Assembly (NCBI GenBank): GCA_963752255.1
Contig: CAVVXT010000010.1
Location: forward strand, 110,217 to 174,216
Direction: 5' to 3'
Origin: Nitrososphaeria archaeon
GTDB taxonomy: Archaea; Thermoproteota; Nitrososphaeria; JACIWG01
Length of the DNA: 64,000 nucleotides
Shown here: positions 21,557 to 33,483 of the stretch, piece by piece
How the letters are laid out: the number at the start of each line of letters is the position of its first letter
Numbering within the stretch: position 1 is the stretch's first letter
Position numbers and translations under genes: made by a program
Notes under the pieces: generated by a model
Seen by the model: the letters and a program-made list of their open reading frames with translations, nothing else
What the model was told of the DNA's origin: nothing
The model's database searches: none

Positions 21557-23086
21557 CTATCGTTGTTGTAGTGCTCTATCAATTTTGACCGATTCACCAT
21601 AAAGTTCTGTGATAACCTCGTTAAACCCAGAATCCTTCGTTGATGTATCACGAATATCTATTTTTTTGACTATGCTTTTGCCAGGTTCAGTTTGTGTAAA
21701 GAGATAGATTCCAACATATTCAGATTTTATTTGATCCAAAACACCGTATCCCAGTTCTTTTCGTTTTTTCTCAGAAACTTCTGATAATTTAACAAAATTC
21801 TGAATTTGTTGCAATAGGTAATCACTATGGGTTGTCATAATCAGTTTCACTCCTCCATTTGCAAGCCTTACAAGGATTCTTGTAAGTCTTCTTTGAGCAT
21901 CTGGATGTAAATGGGACTCTGGTTCTTCCATGAAAAGAGTTGAGTCAGGTCTTAAAATATACTTTAAGTATAGGATTAAGGGTGCTACTTCTGAGACCAT
22001 TGAAGATGCTCGGTGAAGAGGAAATTTAGCATTTTTTGAATAGTAGAAAATCTCTGGATAATTAGATTTCTCTGTCTCCTTTACATCAACTCTACCCATA
22101 GTGACTTCTTCTTCAATTAGTTTTGCGAGGTTGGAAAAGCTACCACCACGTCCTGGAAGTCTGATTATGTTAGCAAGAAAATCTGTGATAACACCACTCA
22201 ATGGAAGGAATTCTATTTTTCTAATTCCTATATATGGCATTTCCCTTATTAGTTCTGATGCTACTGTCTTATGCGCTGAAAGGATGCCTGAACGCGCAGC
22301 TGGCAGATAGAAAGAATGTAAATCTATTTTTTGGGGGGATAAAATAGAAGACAAGAATGCATCAAAAATATTTTTGAAGATCGAAAATCTGAAATAGCTC
22401 TTTTCTTTTTCGATTTCCTTTAGAACAGTTGGAGTAATTGAAAACTTGATAACTCCTTTACTTCTCCCTTCAAACCTAATTGAGCTATACCTAGATTTTG
22501 AAAATCTAAAGAGTAGTTTCTCTAAAGGATAAGTTGGAATCAATTGTAAATCGAAGCTTCTGTTTTCACATGTTAAATCAATCTCAAAATTCATAGTCCT
22601 GAAATTAACTTTTAGTGAATTACTACCGTGACTGCATAGATCGAACAAACTACATCCAAAAATTCTTTCTAGCTCTTCGGATAGAATTCGCAAGAATTCT
22701 GTTTTAAAACCATCCATCATAGATTTGTATAGCTCTTGAGTTAAATCTTTTGGTATCTCAAAATTTTCTATCTTATCTTTGTTGGATAAAAGAACTTTAA
22801 TGAAATTGTTCTCGACTTCGATAGGAATTTTCTCATAAAGATTCCTTCTTCTTCCACTATATAACATTCTATTCTCTCTATAGATTTCGGATTCAATAAA
22901 CATCGGCATATATGAAGAATAGAATTTCAGTAACGATTCCTCAAAGGTATGTATCAACATTGCAAAATATGATTTGCCTGTATTATTCTTACCAAGAAGA
23001 ATTGTAAAGGGCTTTATTACTATGGTTCCTTTTTCTATAGGACCAAAGTTCTCTACGGAAACACTAATTTGCTCCATTATTCGCAC
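21557..23086 (-). CDS. AAA_15/AAA_21-type ABC ATPase (defence-associated family)
   Basis: VENFGPI, Walker A GKNNTGKS, YLPAARSG, ASSMVSE, Walker B MEEPESHLHP, TTHS. Confidence 0.88.
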   Translation of the reverse strand: MRIMEQISVSVENFGPIEKGTIVIKPFTILLGKNNTGKSYFAMLIHTFEESLLKFYSSYMPMFIESEIYRENRMLYSGRRRNLYEKIPIEVENNFIKVLLSNKDKIENFEIPKDLTQELYKSMMDGFKTEFLRILSEELERIFGCSLFDLCSHGSNSLKVNFRTMNFEIDLTCENRSFDLQLIPTYPLEKLLFRFSKSRYSSIRFEGRSKGVIKFSITPTVLKEIEKEKSYFRFSIFKNIFDAFLSSILSPQKIDLHSFYLPAARSGILSAHKTVASELIREMPYIGIRKIEFLPLSGVITDFLANIIRLPGRGGSFSNLAKLIEEEVTMGRVDVKETEKSNYPEIFYYSKNAKFPLHRASSMVSEVAPLILYLKYILRPDSTLFMEEPESHLHPDAQRRLTRILVRLANGGVKLIMTTHSDYLLQQIQNFVKLSEVSEKKRKELGYGVLDQIKSEYVGIYLFTQTEPGKSIVKKIDIRDTSTKDSGFNEVITELYGESVKIDRALQQR

Positions 23087-23149
23087 TAACTTAACAAACA
23101 GTTGATCTTATTTATAAGATTTTAGAGATTTATAGGATACCTGATTAAC

Positions 23150-23771
23150 TGTTCATATTTAATTTTACTAACAGCTCAATTTTTGTAAGAGCTACATCTA
23201 AACTTGGGGAGGCTGAAGAGATATTTCTTTGCTTTGCTTTTTTAAAAAGATCGAACTCACTAATTCCTTGTAAATTAAGTTCTTCAGTTATATCTTTTTT
23301 GTTTGAAGGCACTACTTTATTATATTCTAATTCAACAAGTCTTGCAATATTTTCTTTGATCTCCTTCTTCTTCCCATTTACAGCTACATATATTGTAGCT
23401 TGATGGGCTCCAACTTATAACTTATATAAAGATTCTTCGCCTTTGATGGCTTTTCTTTCTTCATTTAGCAAAATTCTTTTTACATCAGTTAATAAATCTA
23501 TTTTGATTGTGTCTCTGTCAACAATAAAGAGGAAATTCTGGATTTTATAATAGAGACTTAGGTATGTCTTTATTGCACTCAAAGCTATCATTCCTTTTTT
23601 AGTAGGGAGAGACATTTCAGGAATGAATAGAATTTTTCCCTTTCCATTGTATCTTTTGCTAAGTGCACGGAGAACCTTAAACTTTTTTTTACCATCACTC
23701 GTTAATACACTAATTATCTTTTTCGATTCTGATTTATCTTCAAGTTTATCCAGAATCTCCAATAACATCAC
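23150..23771 (-). pseudogene. Interrupted TOPRIM-like partner protein (left end approximate)
   Basis: FLFIVDRD DxD motif; reading continues in frame after the stop at 23415 (VGAHQATIYVAVNG...). Confidence 0.45.
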
Positions 23772-23776
23772 AGGCT

Positions 23777-24026
23777 TTAGAGCTTTAAAAGGTCCACAAG
23801 TATCCTGGGATCTTGACTTGCATCAAATAGACTTCGCAGGTCGTCAATACTTAGAGTTTTATATTTTAAAACATCATCTTTCCCTTTCTGTAATTGTATA
23901 ACACTTATTTCAGAAAGGGTTGCCTTATTTGAAGTGTCCTCGGTAATATTTAGCAGCGCATTTAATACGTCTATACTATGGGTAGTAATTACAACCTGCC
24001 AATCTTTTGATAAAAGCCCAAAAAGT
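23777..24026 (-). pseudogene. C-terminal remnant of a second ABC/AAA ATPase
   Basis: Frame without a start codon: LLSKDWQVVITTHSIDVL...SQDPRILVDLLKL* (H-loop TTHS). Confidence 0.65.
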
Positions 24027-24187
24027 TAATTTTAGGGCTTGTCCTGTTGCTTCAAGATTGTTCTTACTCATCGCTTTAAATATGTCTAGCATACTGGGGA
24101 AGTTTAATTAGAAGGAAAATAGTTATTTTCTTATTGACACTAAGGATTAATATCGCTACCTTTACAAATATGTATCAACTATTACCA

Positions 24188-25163
24188 ATGGAGTCGGAAT
24201 CGAACGAGAGTAGATAATAATTCGGATTTCAGTCTAGACGAATTTCGAGTATCAGATAGTGAAGTACATGAGCCAGCTATATTTTCTATATCAGTCCTTT
24301 TGTCGAGAACTTCTTTAGTAAAACCTCTTCCTGACGTGAAAGAAGCACTTCTTAAAATCAAGAAAATTATTGAAGAAAAATATTCTTTCGGAAAGCGACA
24401 TCAGAATGAATCTTTTAAGCAAGGTTTTCTTAATTTTAATGTAAAACAAGAGACTCTAGAGTTCTACTATGCTCAAGAGATTCCTCTTAAAATGGATTTT
24501 GTTCCGGAACGCGATGACCCTGAAATAGTAACTAGACATATACGAGCTGTTAATCCTACTCATAAAATTAAGATAAAACTGACCTTAAGCAAACAAAATG
24601 CTGAGGTAATACTGTTTGGAGGGTCCGATATTCTAGTATTAAAAGTCGCAGGATTAGTAAATGAATCAATCAGAGCTTTAGCTGAAGACGGTCACGAGAC
24701 TTACGATTACAGAATTACTAAAGAGGAAATGCTCAAGATTCTAGAGGCATTCCAATCAGATGTTGAGTACATCTATATAGACCCAGGACAAAACGAGAAA
24801 CTTAGAAAGTATATTAAAGAAAAAAGACTAGGAGAAGAAATTTTTGTTCAAGTATATGATGTCCATACACAGTTTAGAGGGTACAAAGTAGTCGGATCAC
24901 CAGTAGTCCAACAGATTCTTAGAGAAACTGGAGTCTATCTCAGAGAAATTCAAGGCAAAATCGACTATGCCGCAGGGATAAGGATTACGAGTAGAGTGTC
25001 TTCCAGTGGCAGGATACTGCTCTATATACCAGAGAATATCTTAGAAGTAGGAGAAGATGTGTACGATATAGCTTTCAACCTTTACAAGAAAGTAATAGCG
25101 AAGAATGTATTAAACAAAAGTCAACCAACAATAGAGTCCTACTTTAATGGTGTAAAGTTATGA
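24188..25163 (+). CDS. Hypothetical protein, first gene of a two-gene module (start probably 24188 via a 1-nt indel)
   Basis: 287-aa ORF from 24300 whose frame is open upstream; its stop overlaps the next start (ATGA). Confidence 0.7.
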
Positions 25164-26539
25164 ATCAAGAAATAAGTGCAGAAACTCTACTTGAAATAAC
25201 TGCCGAAGAAGAATTACTAGACATCAAACGATGTAAGAATCTTATAGGACAAATTTTTGCTGAAAGAAGATATGATTTATTAGATGCTGCTCTTAGAAAA
25301 GTTACTCACGCCTTCTATTTATCTTCCGTTGAGTTTAGAGCATCTTTAGTTTCTTACCTTCTCGAGCAGTCAAAGGGTCTTAACGAAAGGGAGATCAAGA
25401 GGCTTCTTGATAACTCGGTTATAGGCAATCTGACTCTCATACGATACTTGCAAAGTAGGCATCCTGTAGTCGATAGTAATGGTTTAAATGCTCTGGATAT
25501 TCTTTCTGAAGCGAAATATATAAAGGATGCCACAGTCTTAACTCTTTATCCTTTTGAGGAAAAACTAAAGACGGACATAGAAGAGGAGGTTACGGGAATC
25601 TATGATCAGACTACACTGAAGAAATTAACAGAAATATATGAAGTGCTCTTTCTTTTCAATTTAGTTCAGCATAATAGATCCTGTGTTCAGAGTCTCGTCA
25701 ACCTTTACGCATCTATTCAGACGCCAGAATTTAGACTAAAAAATGGTATAGTCAGCTCCATACTTGAGCCAAAGTTAGATATTTTCATTGCCCACATGTC
25801 AAAGTTCATAGTGAACATTAAGGAGGAAACTGATATAATCGAGAATTATGATCTAATATTCGATTCTTTGAGGAATATAGGTATTCCTGTCTTCTTTGAT
25901 ATAATGAAAGTCCGATTTAATGATATGGTTTTCAATGATAACTTTTACTTTCTACTTTTTCAGGATTTAGAGAGTGCTAAAGTTCTCATACCTCCCTACA
26001 AGCAGGCTAAAGCTGAACATGTTCAGAAGATTTATGACCCCATAGTTGGGAAGTTTGTAACTCCTAAGGGGAAATACGGGAAGATACTGATAGAAGATAT
26101 ATTCTCTTTCTCGGAATATGAGAAGGTTCATGATATAACTGAGGAGGAATTAAATACAGTTAGAGAGATGAGGGAGACAGAAATAGAGGCTAAAATTCGC
26201 AACATCCTGAAAGATGAAAACCGTACAGCAGATTCCCCAACGGAAAAAGCGGACATAATAACACTGAAATTAAGGATTAATAATAAAGATGACCTTCGTA
26301 ATGCAGCCTTTATACTTAAAGGTAAAAGCTATCGAAAGGTGACAATAAACTCTGTCGCAACTAATCTACTTAAGGCTACAGAACTACTTGTTGATGTAGT
26401 GTTCCTTGTTTACACTGGAGAACTATTAGATGAACCACTTACTTATTTCATAAAACTTTGTAATCAGAATAAGAAGATGTATTGTGTAATAGATGGTCGT
26501 GACCTTACAAGGTTGTTAAAGGCATACAGACTACTATGA
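25160..26539 (+). CDS. Helical N-terminal domain plus C-terminal restriction-endonuclease-like domain
   Basis: C-terminal E..IE...EKADII...AAFILKG...YCVIDGRDLTRLL. Confidence 0.6.
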   Translation: MNQEISAETLLEITAEEELLDIKRCKNLIGQIFAERRYDLLDAALRKVTHAFYLSSVEFRASLVSYLLEQSKGLNEREIKRLLDNSVIGNLTLIRYLQSRHPVVDSNGLNALDILSEAKYIKDATVLTLYPFEEKLKTDIEEEVTGIYDQTTLKKLTEIYEVLFLFNLVQHNRSCVQSLVNLYASIQTPEFRLKNGIVSSILEPKLDIFIAHMSKFIVNIKEETDIIENYDLIFDSLRNIGIPVFFDIMKVRFNDMVFNDNFYFLLFQDLESAKVLIPPYKQAKAEHVQKIYDPIVGKFVTPKGKYGKILIEDIFSFSEYEKVHDITEEELNTVREMRETEIEAKIRNILKDENRTADSPTEKADIITLKLRINNKDDLRNAAFILKGKSYRKVTINSVATNLLKATELLVDVVFLVYTGELLDEPLTYFIKLCNQNKKMYCVIDGRDLTRLLKAYRLL

Positions 26540-27127
26540 AGATAGAGGTTCAACATATTCACAAACTAGACATTTACTGAAAGTTGACTTAATGTCTGAG
26601 TCAGAATATAAATTAAGAGTTGTAGTTGAGCATAAGTACAGTGCTGACCCACAATGTAATCCGCTTGGCCTTTGCATGATATAGTCATCCTTCCAGAAGA
26701 ACATAAATACCGTGTTCGAATGACAGATTAAGAATAAGAATCGGATTTTGGGTAGTAGGAGGTACAAACATACACACATCTTCACGTTTATGGTCTGTTA
26801 AAGCGGTAATGGAGTTTTATAATCGGTTGTATAAGGAGTTTCAGATATTTGAAGGGGAGAATAAATCTAGAACGATAATGGTAGCAGTGAACATCCGATT
26901 ACATATGCATCTAGGAAAACAGAACGACTAACCCTCTTGTGTAACGAGCTAATTTTTGGGGAATATTTTGGCTATATTAAAGCATTACATAAGGGACTTT
27001 AATGGAAATGGATGGGCATCTCTTGAAGAGTGACGACATAAAGTGGAGTAAGAATGCTGAAAAGCGTCTTTTTAAATCTTTAAACGTTAGGAAGGTTATA
27101 ATAAAGAAGTAGGAATAGATCATTGAC

Positions 27128-27220
27128 ATGATGCCTGAGGAAAAAGCAAGAACAAGAATTGACCCAATCCTTAAGGCTGATGGATGGATAGTTCGGGTTA
27201 TGAATGGTTTGAGGAAATAA
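27128..27220 (+). pseudogene. 30-codon N-terminal relic of a different HsdR
   Basis: MMPEEKARTRIDPILKADGWIV parallels the HsdR start SEYRTRREKIDVQLRKSGWDV. Confidence 0.55.
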
Positions 27221-27222
27221 CT

Positions 27223-30037
27223 ATGGTAAAAACATCCGAGTATAGAACACGTAGGGAGAAGATAGACGTTCAATTAAGGAAGTCAGGTTGGGACGTCGAT
27301 GACCGATCAAAAGTTATTCAAGAGGTTGATACTAAACAGTCAGACTTCAAGGCTGGTAACTACAAAACCATTGATCAGACTCTGAAAAATCCAGAAGAAA
27401 AAGCATATGCAGATTATCTCCTTCTCGATTCTAATGGTTTGCCTTTGGCTATTATCGAAGCTAAACGAACGGACAGGGATTATCTTTCAGGGCAAAAACA
27501 AGCTGAAGATTATGTTAACGATATCAAGAAGCAGACAGGAAAGGATATTTTCATTTTCTTAACTAACGGATATGAGGTATGGTTTTGGAATAAACCGTTC
27601 GAGGCACCTAGAGCCGTTAGTGGGTTCCATGATAGGCGTTCCCTTGAACGCATTAGATTTCAGAATTACTCAAGGAAGGACTTCTCTGACGTTCCCATCA
27701 GCAAAGAGATTATCGATAGACCTTATCAAATCGAATCGGTAAAAAAAGTGCTGGAAGGAATAGAGAAAGGCAAAAGGAAATTTCTTATCGTTCAAGCAAC
27801 GGGTACAGGAAAGACTCGTGTTGCAATGGCTCTTATCGATGTTCTTCTAAGAGCTAATCGTGCCCAAAGGATTCTCTTTCTCGCTGACAGAAAGGAGCTA
27901 AGAGACCAAGCATACGGTGACAACGGGTTTAAAACATTCTTCCCTCAAGAGTCTAAAGTCAAAGTATTCTCTGGACAAGTTGACAAGACCTCTCGCCTCT
28001 ATGCTTCAACAATACAAACCTTCATGGAATGTTATCAAGAATTCTCCCCAGGCGATTTCGACGTAGTTATTTCAGATGAAGCTCACCGCTCTATCTACAA
28101 CAAATGGAAGGAGGTCTTTACTTATTTTGATGCGATTGAAATTGGACTTACAGCTACTCCATCTGACTTAATTGAGCGTGACACGTTCAGATTTTTTAAC
28201 TGTGAGGATAGTATTCCAACCTACCTTTACACTTATGAAGAGGCGGTTAAGGATGGGTGGCTCTGCAGACTACAAAGTATATGTTGCTCAAACTCGTTTT
28301 CAGATTGAAGGCATTCGGCCTAGCGACGTTCCTGACACAATAAAGAAGAAGTTGCTTGAAGAGAAAGGAATAAGTGAAGAAGAGATTAACTTTGAAGGGA
28401 CAGACATAGAGAAAAAAGTTGCTGTGTTAGGAACTAACGAAGCTATAGTAAAAGAGTTTATGGAAAAATGTCTAACGGATGCAACTGGAACACTACCAGC
28501 TAAAACTATTATTTTCGCTGTTTCACAGAAGCACGCAACAAGATTGTGGGAAGCCTTCGAAAAACTCTATCCAGAATACAAAGGTCGTCTGGCAAGGCGT
28601 ATAGTGTCAGAAGATTCAAGAGCAGACGAACTTCTCAAAGAATTCAAGACCGAAAGCTTGCCCCGCGTCGCTATTTCCGTTGGCATGTTAGATACAGGAG
28701 TGGACATACCAGAAGCATGTAATTTGGTCTTTGCTAAACCAGTGTTTTCAAAAATAAGATTTTGGCAGATGATAGGAAGAGGAACGAGACACGACAGAAT
28801 ATGTAAGCATAGGGATTGGCTGCCATATGAAAAAAAGGAGTATTTTCTGATTTTCGATTTCTGGAATAACTTCGACTGGCATAACATGCATCCAGAGGGT
28901 AAAGAGGAAGAACTAAGCGAGGCAGTTCCTACGAAAATCTTCTTAACAAGACTCAAGCAACTAGATTATTTGCTTCTGAAAAGGGATAAACGAGCAGATC
29001 TACTTAAGAAGAAACTTACTGAAGATGTAAAATCGTTACCTTGTGATTCTGTCACAATCAAAGAACATAAACGAGATATTGAGAGAGCTTTAACGCCTAA
29101 CGTATGGGATACAGTGGGGCTAGATGCACCAACGTTCTTAAAAACCAAGATTGCGCCTTTAATGCGTTATCAGAAGGATGTCAACCCAAACGAAGCATCT
29201 TGGACTTTGAAAATTGAACAGTTGAGCTTTGCAATTTTACAAGATAATAAAACCGAGATTGATAGGGTTAAAGATGACATAGGTGAGTGGCTCAATGCCT
29301 TGCCAACGACAATTCGAGAAGTGAAGGATAAACAGGAATTGCTCGACAAAGCATTACGCCCACAATTTTGGAAGAACATAACTTTCGATGACGCCCAGAT
29401 GCTTTTAAAAGAATTCGCATCGTTAATGAAATATAAACAGCCTGAACCGCGACCTATTATTATCCTCGATATTGACGATATTGTCCAACGGAGAGACTTC
29501 ATCGAATATGGCCCAGTTCCAACACAAGAATATGCTATAACTTATATTGACAAGGTTGAGAAAAGAATTAAGCAGCTCATTGAGGAACATCCCACCATTA
29601 AGAAGATTAAACGCGATGAGGTTCTAAATGAGGAAGACCTTAAGAATTTGGAAAAGACTCTAAATAGTCCAGAGCTTTATATTACTGAAGAGGTTTTGCA
29701 GAAAGCCTATGGACAGCACAAAGGGACACTCGTTCAGTTCATCAAGAAAATTTTAGGCCTGTACGAGTTTCCCGATGCAAAGAGGAGGATTCAAGAAGCC
29801 TTCAAGGCCTTCGTTATAGAGAAGAATTATCTTAACTCAGATCAGGTTAATTTCCTTCGTACAATTCAAACTGTGTTTTTAAAGAAGCACCATATTGAGT
29901 ACAGTGACCTGTTTGAGCCGCCATTTACTAACTTCGGTGTTAATGCACCGGTTCCGCTTTTCAATGTGGACGAGCTTAAAGAAGCGATCCAACTATGCAA
30001 CCAATTAGAGGTGGAAGTACTGCATGTTAGCCCCTGA
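27223..30037 (+). CDS. hsdR: Type I restriction enzyme R subunit, EcoAI/EcoEI-like (frameshift near 28260)
   Basis: ADY...IIEAK nuclease, ATGTGKT, DEAHRS, GLTATP, LDTGVD, QMIGRGTR, EcoEI_R_C-like tail. Confidence 0.93.
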
Positions 30038-31508
30038 ATTGAAATCGCAAATCAATAAGCTCTGGGATAGATTTTGGTCCGGAGGGATTGCCAATCCGCT
30101 TACTGCAATCGAGCAGATGTCTTACTTAATTTTTATGAAAAGATTGGAAGACCTAGATAACATCCATGCAAGAAGAGCAGCAGCGAGGAACGAGAAACAC
30201 AAATCACTTTTTGAAGGGCATGAAAATTGTAGGTGGTCACAATGGAAACATCTTAACGCTCAAGCAATGTTGAGACATGTTCAAGAAGTCGTTTTCCCAT
30301 TTATTAAAAACCTGACCAACGGCGATGATGTATTATACTCACAATATATGAGAGATGCTGTATTCGTTATTCCAAAGGCTTCCTTGCTGCAGGAAGCTGT
30401 CGCGATAATTGACGATATGAATATCACAGAACGAAATCAAGACACCCAAGGAGACATCTACGAATATCTGTTAAGTGAGCTAAAGACTGCAGGCAAGAAT
30501 GGACAGTTCAGAACACCAAGACATATCATTCGAATGATGGTTGAACTCATCGAGCCTGATATAGGCCAGACTGTTTGTGATCCTGCCTGCGGTACAGCTG
30601 GTTTTCTGATTGCTGCTTACGAACACATCTTGAGAAAATATACAAGCGATGATATCATAAGTATCCACGAAGATGGCTCAACACACAACTTGGTTGGAGA
30701 CAAAATTGTTGAGAAATCTCATTGGGACCTTTTGAAACGAGAAACATTTTTCGGCTTTGATTTTGACACTACAATGATTCGTATTGGATTAATGAACATG
30801 ATTCTCCACGGTATCGGGAGACCTAACATTCGTTATGCTGACACTCTTTCTAAACGCTTTGAACAAAAGGCACGGTATGATATTGTTTTTGCGAATCCTC
30901 CATTTGCTGGATCAATCGATAAAAGCGACATTAATGATTCTTTTAAATTAGATACAACGAAAACCGAACTTCTGTTTTTGGAACTCTTCTATAATCTTCT
31001 GAAGATCGGAGGTAAAGCTGCAGTTATTGTTCCAAACGGTGTCTTATTTGGTTCATCAAATGCACACATCAAAGCTAGAAAACTTGTGTTGGAGAATTGT
31101 CAACTTGAAGCTGTAATTTCCATGCCTGGAGGTGTTTTCCAGCCCTATTCCGGCGTTGGTACAGCCATTCTTGTTTTTGTAAAGGGAGGTAAGACCGATA
31201 ATGTTTGGTTCTACGAGATGCGACAGGATGGATATACCCTAGATCAGAAACGTGATTTTATTGATGGCGAAGGTGACATTCCTAATATAATTCAGAAGTA
31301 CAAGAAGCGAGAGGAGTCAGGACAAAGCATCTTGGTGCCATTTGAGAAGATAAAACAGAGTGATTACAACCTCTCAATTTCAAGATACAAAAAAGTTGAG
31401 CGCGAGGAAGTTGAATATGAAGACCCTTTAGTTCTAATAGACAATGTTCTAGAAAGTGAGCGTGAAATCGAAAACGATTTAATAACTCTTAAAAAGATGA
31501 TTCAATGA
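30024..31508 (+). CDS. hsdM: Type I R-M m6A methyltransferase
   Basis: GQFRTPRH, DPACGTAGF, ANPPF. Confidence 0.95.
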   Translation: MLAPELKSQINKLWDRFWSGGIANPLTAIEQMSYLIFMKRLEDLDNIHARRAAARNEKHKSLFEGHENCRWSQWKHLNAQAMLRHVQEVVFPFIKNLTNGDDVLYSQYMRDAVFVIPKASLLQEAVAIIDDMNITERNQDTQGDIYEYLLSELKTAGKNGQFRTPRHIIRMMVELIEPDIGQTVCDPACGTAGFLIAAYEHILRKYTSDDIISIHEDGSTHNLVGDKIVEKSHWDLLKRETFFGFDFDTTMIRIGLMNMILHGIGRPNIRYADTLSKRFEQKARYDIVFANPPFAGSIDKSDINDSFKLDTTKTELLFLELFYNLLKIGGKAAVIVPNGVLFGSSNAHIKARKLVLENCQLEAVISMPGGVFQPYSGVGTAILVFVKGGKTDNVWFYEMRQDGYTLDQKRDFIDGEGDIPNIIQKYKKREESGQSILVPFEKIKQSDYNLSISRYKKVEREEVEYEDPLVLIDNVLESEREIENDLITLKKMIQ

Positions 31509-32624
31509 AAATATCGAAACTGGAAGAACTTGCAGATATTCAATACGGATTTCCTTTTAATTCAAAGAAATTTAAGGAAAATGGTAGGATTCGGGTTGTA
31601 AGAATAAGGGATATAAAGAAACCTGAAAAACCTACTTTTTTAGATGATATCTATAGACAAGAATATGTAATTGGAAACGGAGATATTATTGTTGGAATGG
31701 ATGGAGAATTCAATTGTATTATTTGGAATTTTGGAAAAGCTGTCTTGAACCAACGAGTTGCAAAAATTATACCTAAGAACTTTGTTTCCAAGAGTTATCT
31801 CTATTATATTCTTAAAATTAAACTCAAAGAGATAGAACAGAGGGTAACATTTGCTACAGTAAAACATCTACTTGATTCACATCTTCGGAATCTTGAGATA
31901 CCCTTTCCTCCATTAAATGAACAGATACGAATAGCATCCATCCTTGGAAAAATTGATGAGCTGAAAGATAAACGGGAACAAGCAAATTTGATGACTAACA
32001 AAATTCTTCAAGTTATTTTTCTGCAGATGTTTGGAGACGGTAATTTCACACGTGAGCCTATCAGAGAACATATTATAAAGACAGAAGTAAGAGACCCACA
32101 AAAAAAACCTCATGAATACTTCAAATACATCGATATTGCTGGAATTGATAATAAATCTGGAAAAATAGTAAAAGTAAAAACTATACCTAGGGAAAGATGC
32201 TCCAAGCAGAGCAAGAAAAGTAATCAGAAAGGATGACGTGATCATATCAACAGTGAGACCTAATCTAAATGCAACTGCGCTTGTTCCGCCTGAGCTCGAT
32301 AGTCAGATTTGTTCTACTGGGTTTTGCGTTCTTCGTTGTAAGAGCTCATTGAATCCAAGATTCCTATATGTTTTCACAAGAAGAACAGAATTCATCGATG
32401 TTCTATCATCTCAGATGAAAGGAGCTTCCTATCCCGCTGTGACAAACGATGATGTCTTGAATGTTGAAATACCAATTCCCCCTATTGAACTTCAGAATAA
32501 ATTCGTTTCAATTGTTGAAAGAGTCCAAAATATCCAAGAAAAACAGCAGCTATCCACTGGGGAAATTACAGAGTTATTCAATTCTCTCATGTCCAAATCA
32601 TTTAAGGGAGAGTTGGTGTCGTGA
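31505..32624 (+). CDS. hsdS: Type I R-M specificity subunit (frameshift near 32190)
   Basis: Two TRDs with IPFPPLNEQ and IPIPPIELQ; ends LMSKSFKGEL. Confidence 0.9.
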
Positions 32625-32625
32625 G

Positions 32626-33483
32626 ATGCAGTTCCTTTTAAAACCTAATTGGCAACAATTAAACAGATACATCTGGAATTCCCTTGAAAAATCGGCACCA
32701 GCTGACGTATATATTGAATTATATCGCTTTCAAGGAAGAATATTGGGAATTGATTCACGAGCAAATGAGCCCGACGTCACACAAGAAGAAATAGATGCTC
32801 GTAACATGTTTTTAATTATAATAAATGACACAAAACTAGCTAAAAATGAATTCAAAAAGTACAACCCTCCAACTAATGAAGCTATTTGTATCGAGCTATT
32901 GGAGGGATTCTATGGAGTCTTAAAAGACAACTTCGGTACTAAACTGGCAAAGAAATATTATTCAAAATTATCGCAGTTCTTACTCGAACATAATCTAAGA
33001 TACAAACTTGACGCAAATTGCAAGTTTCATTTAACAATTCAAGGCATATTAATGACTCAATATGTACATCTACGTCAGTTTCTTGAAAATAATCCTGAGT
33101 GCTCAGAATGTCTAAGTGAATTAGAAGACATCATTTCTAATTTACATCAGTCACAACAGCAAAGAAATTGTGTACGTGTTTCTAGCAATCTATTAGAAAA
33201 CTTGGTAGTTGCAAAAGCAAATAGAAGAGCTAGTACGCTATCGCGGGCTTTGGAACAATGTCCTGTGGATTTATTTCCACATGATGCAGTACGTGAAAGC
33301 TTAAAGAAGATTTATGATTTTGCATGCGATTATCCAAACATTCGACATGCTGGTAGACCTGAAAGCCGTTTAAGAGACCTCAGAAATGATGACGTGCTTC
33401 TTATCTTATCCTTAACAATAGGTTTCGCATCTTTTCTCTCTAGGGAGAATGTTAGTCAAACAATACTTAGTGGAGATATATGA
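32626..33483 (+). CDS. AbiJ-like / HEPN-like abortive-infection-type protein
   Basis: C-terminal KKIYDFACDYPNIRHAG; begins 2 bp after hsdS. Confidence 0.55.
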   Translation: MQFLLKPNWQQLNRYIWNSLEKSAPADVYIELYRFQGRILGIDSRANEPDVTQEEIDARNMFLIIINDTKLAKNEFKKYNPPTNEAICIELLEGFYGVLKDNFGTKLAKKYYSKLSQFLLEHNLRYKLDANCKFHLTIQGILMTQYVHLRQFLENNPECSECLSELEDIISNLHQSQQQRNCVRVSSNLLENLVVAKANRRASTLSRALEQCPVDLFPHDAVRESLKKIYDFACDYPNIRHAGRPESRLRDLRNDDVLLILSLTIGFASFLSRENVSQTILSGDI

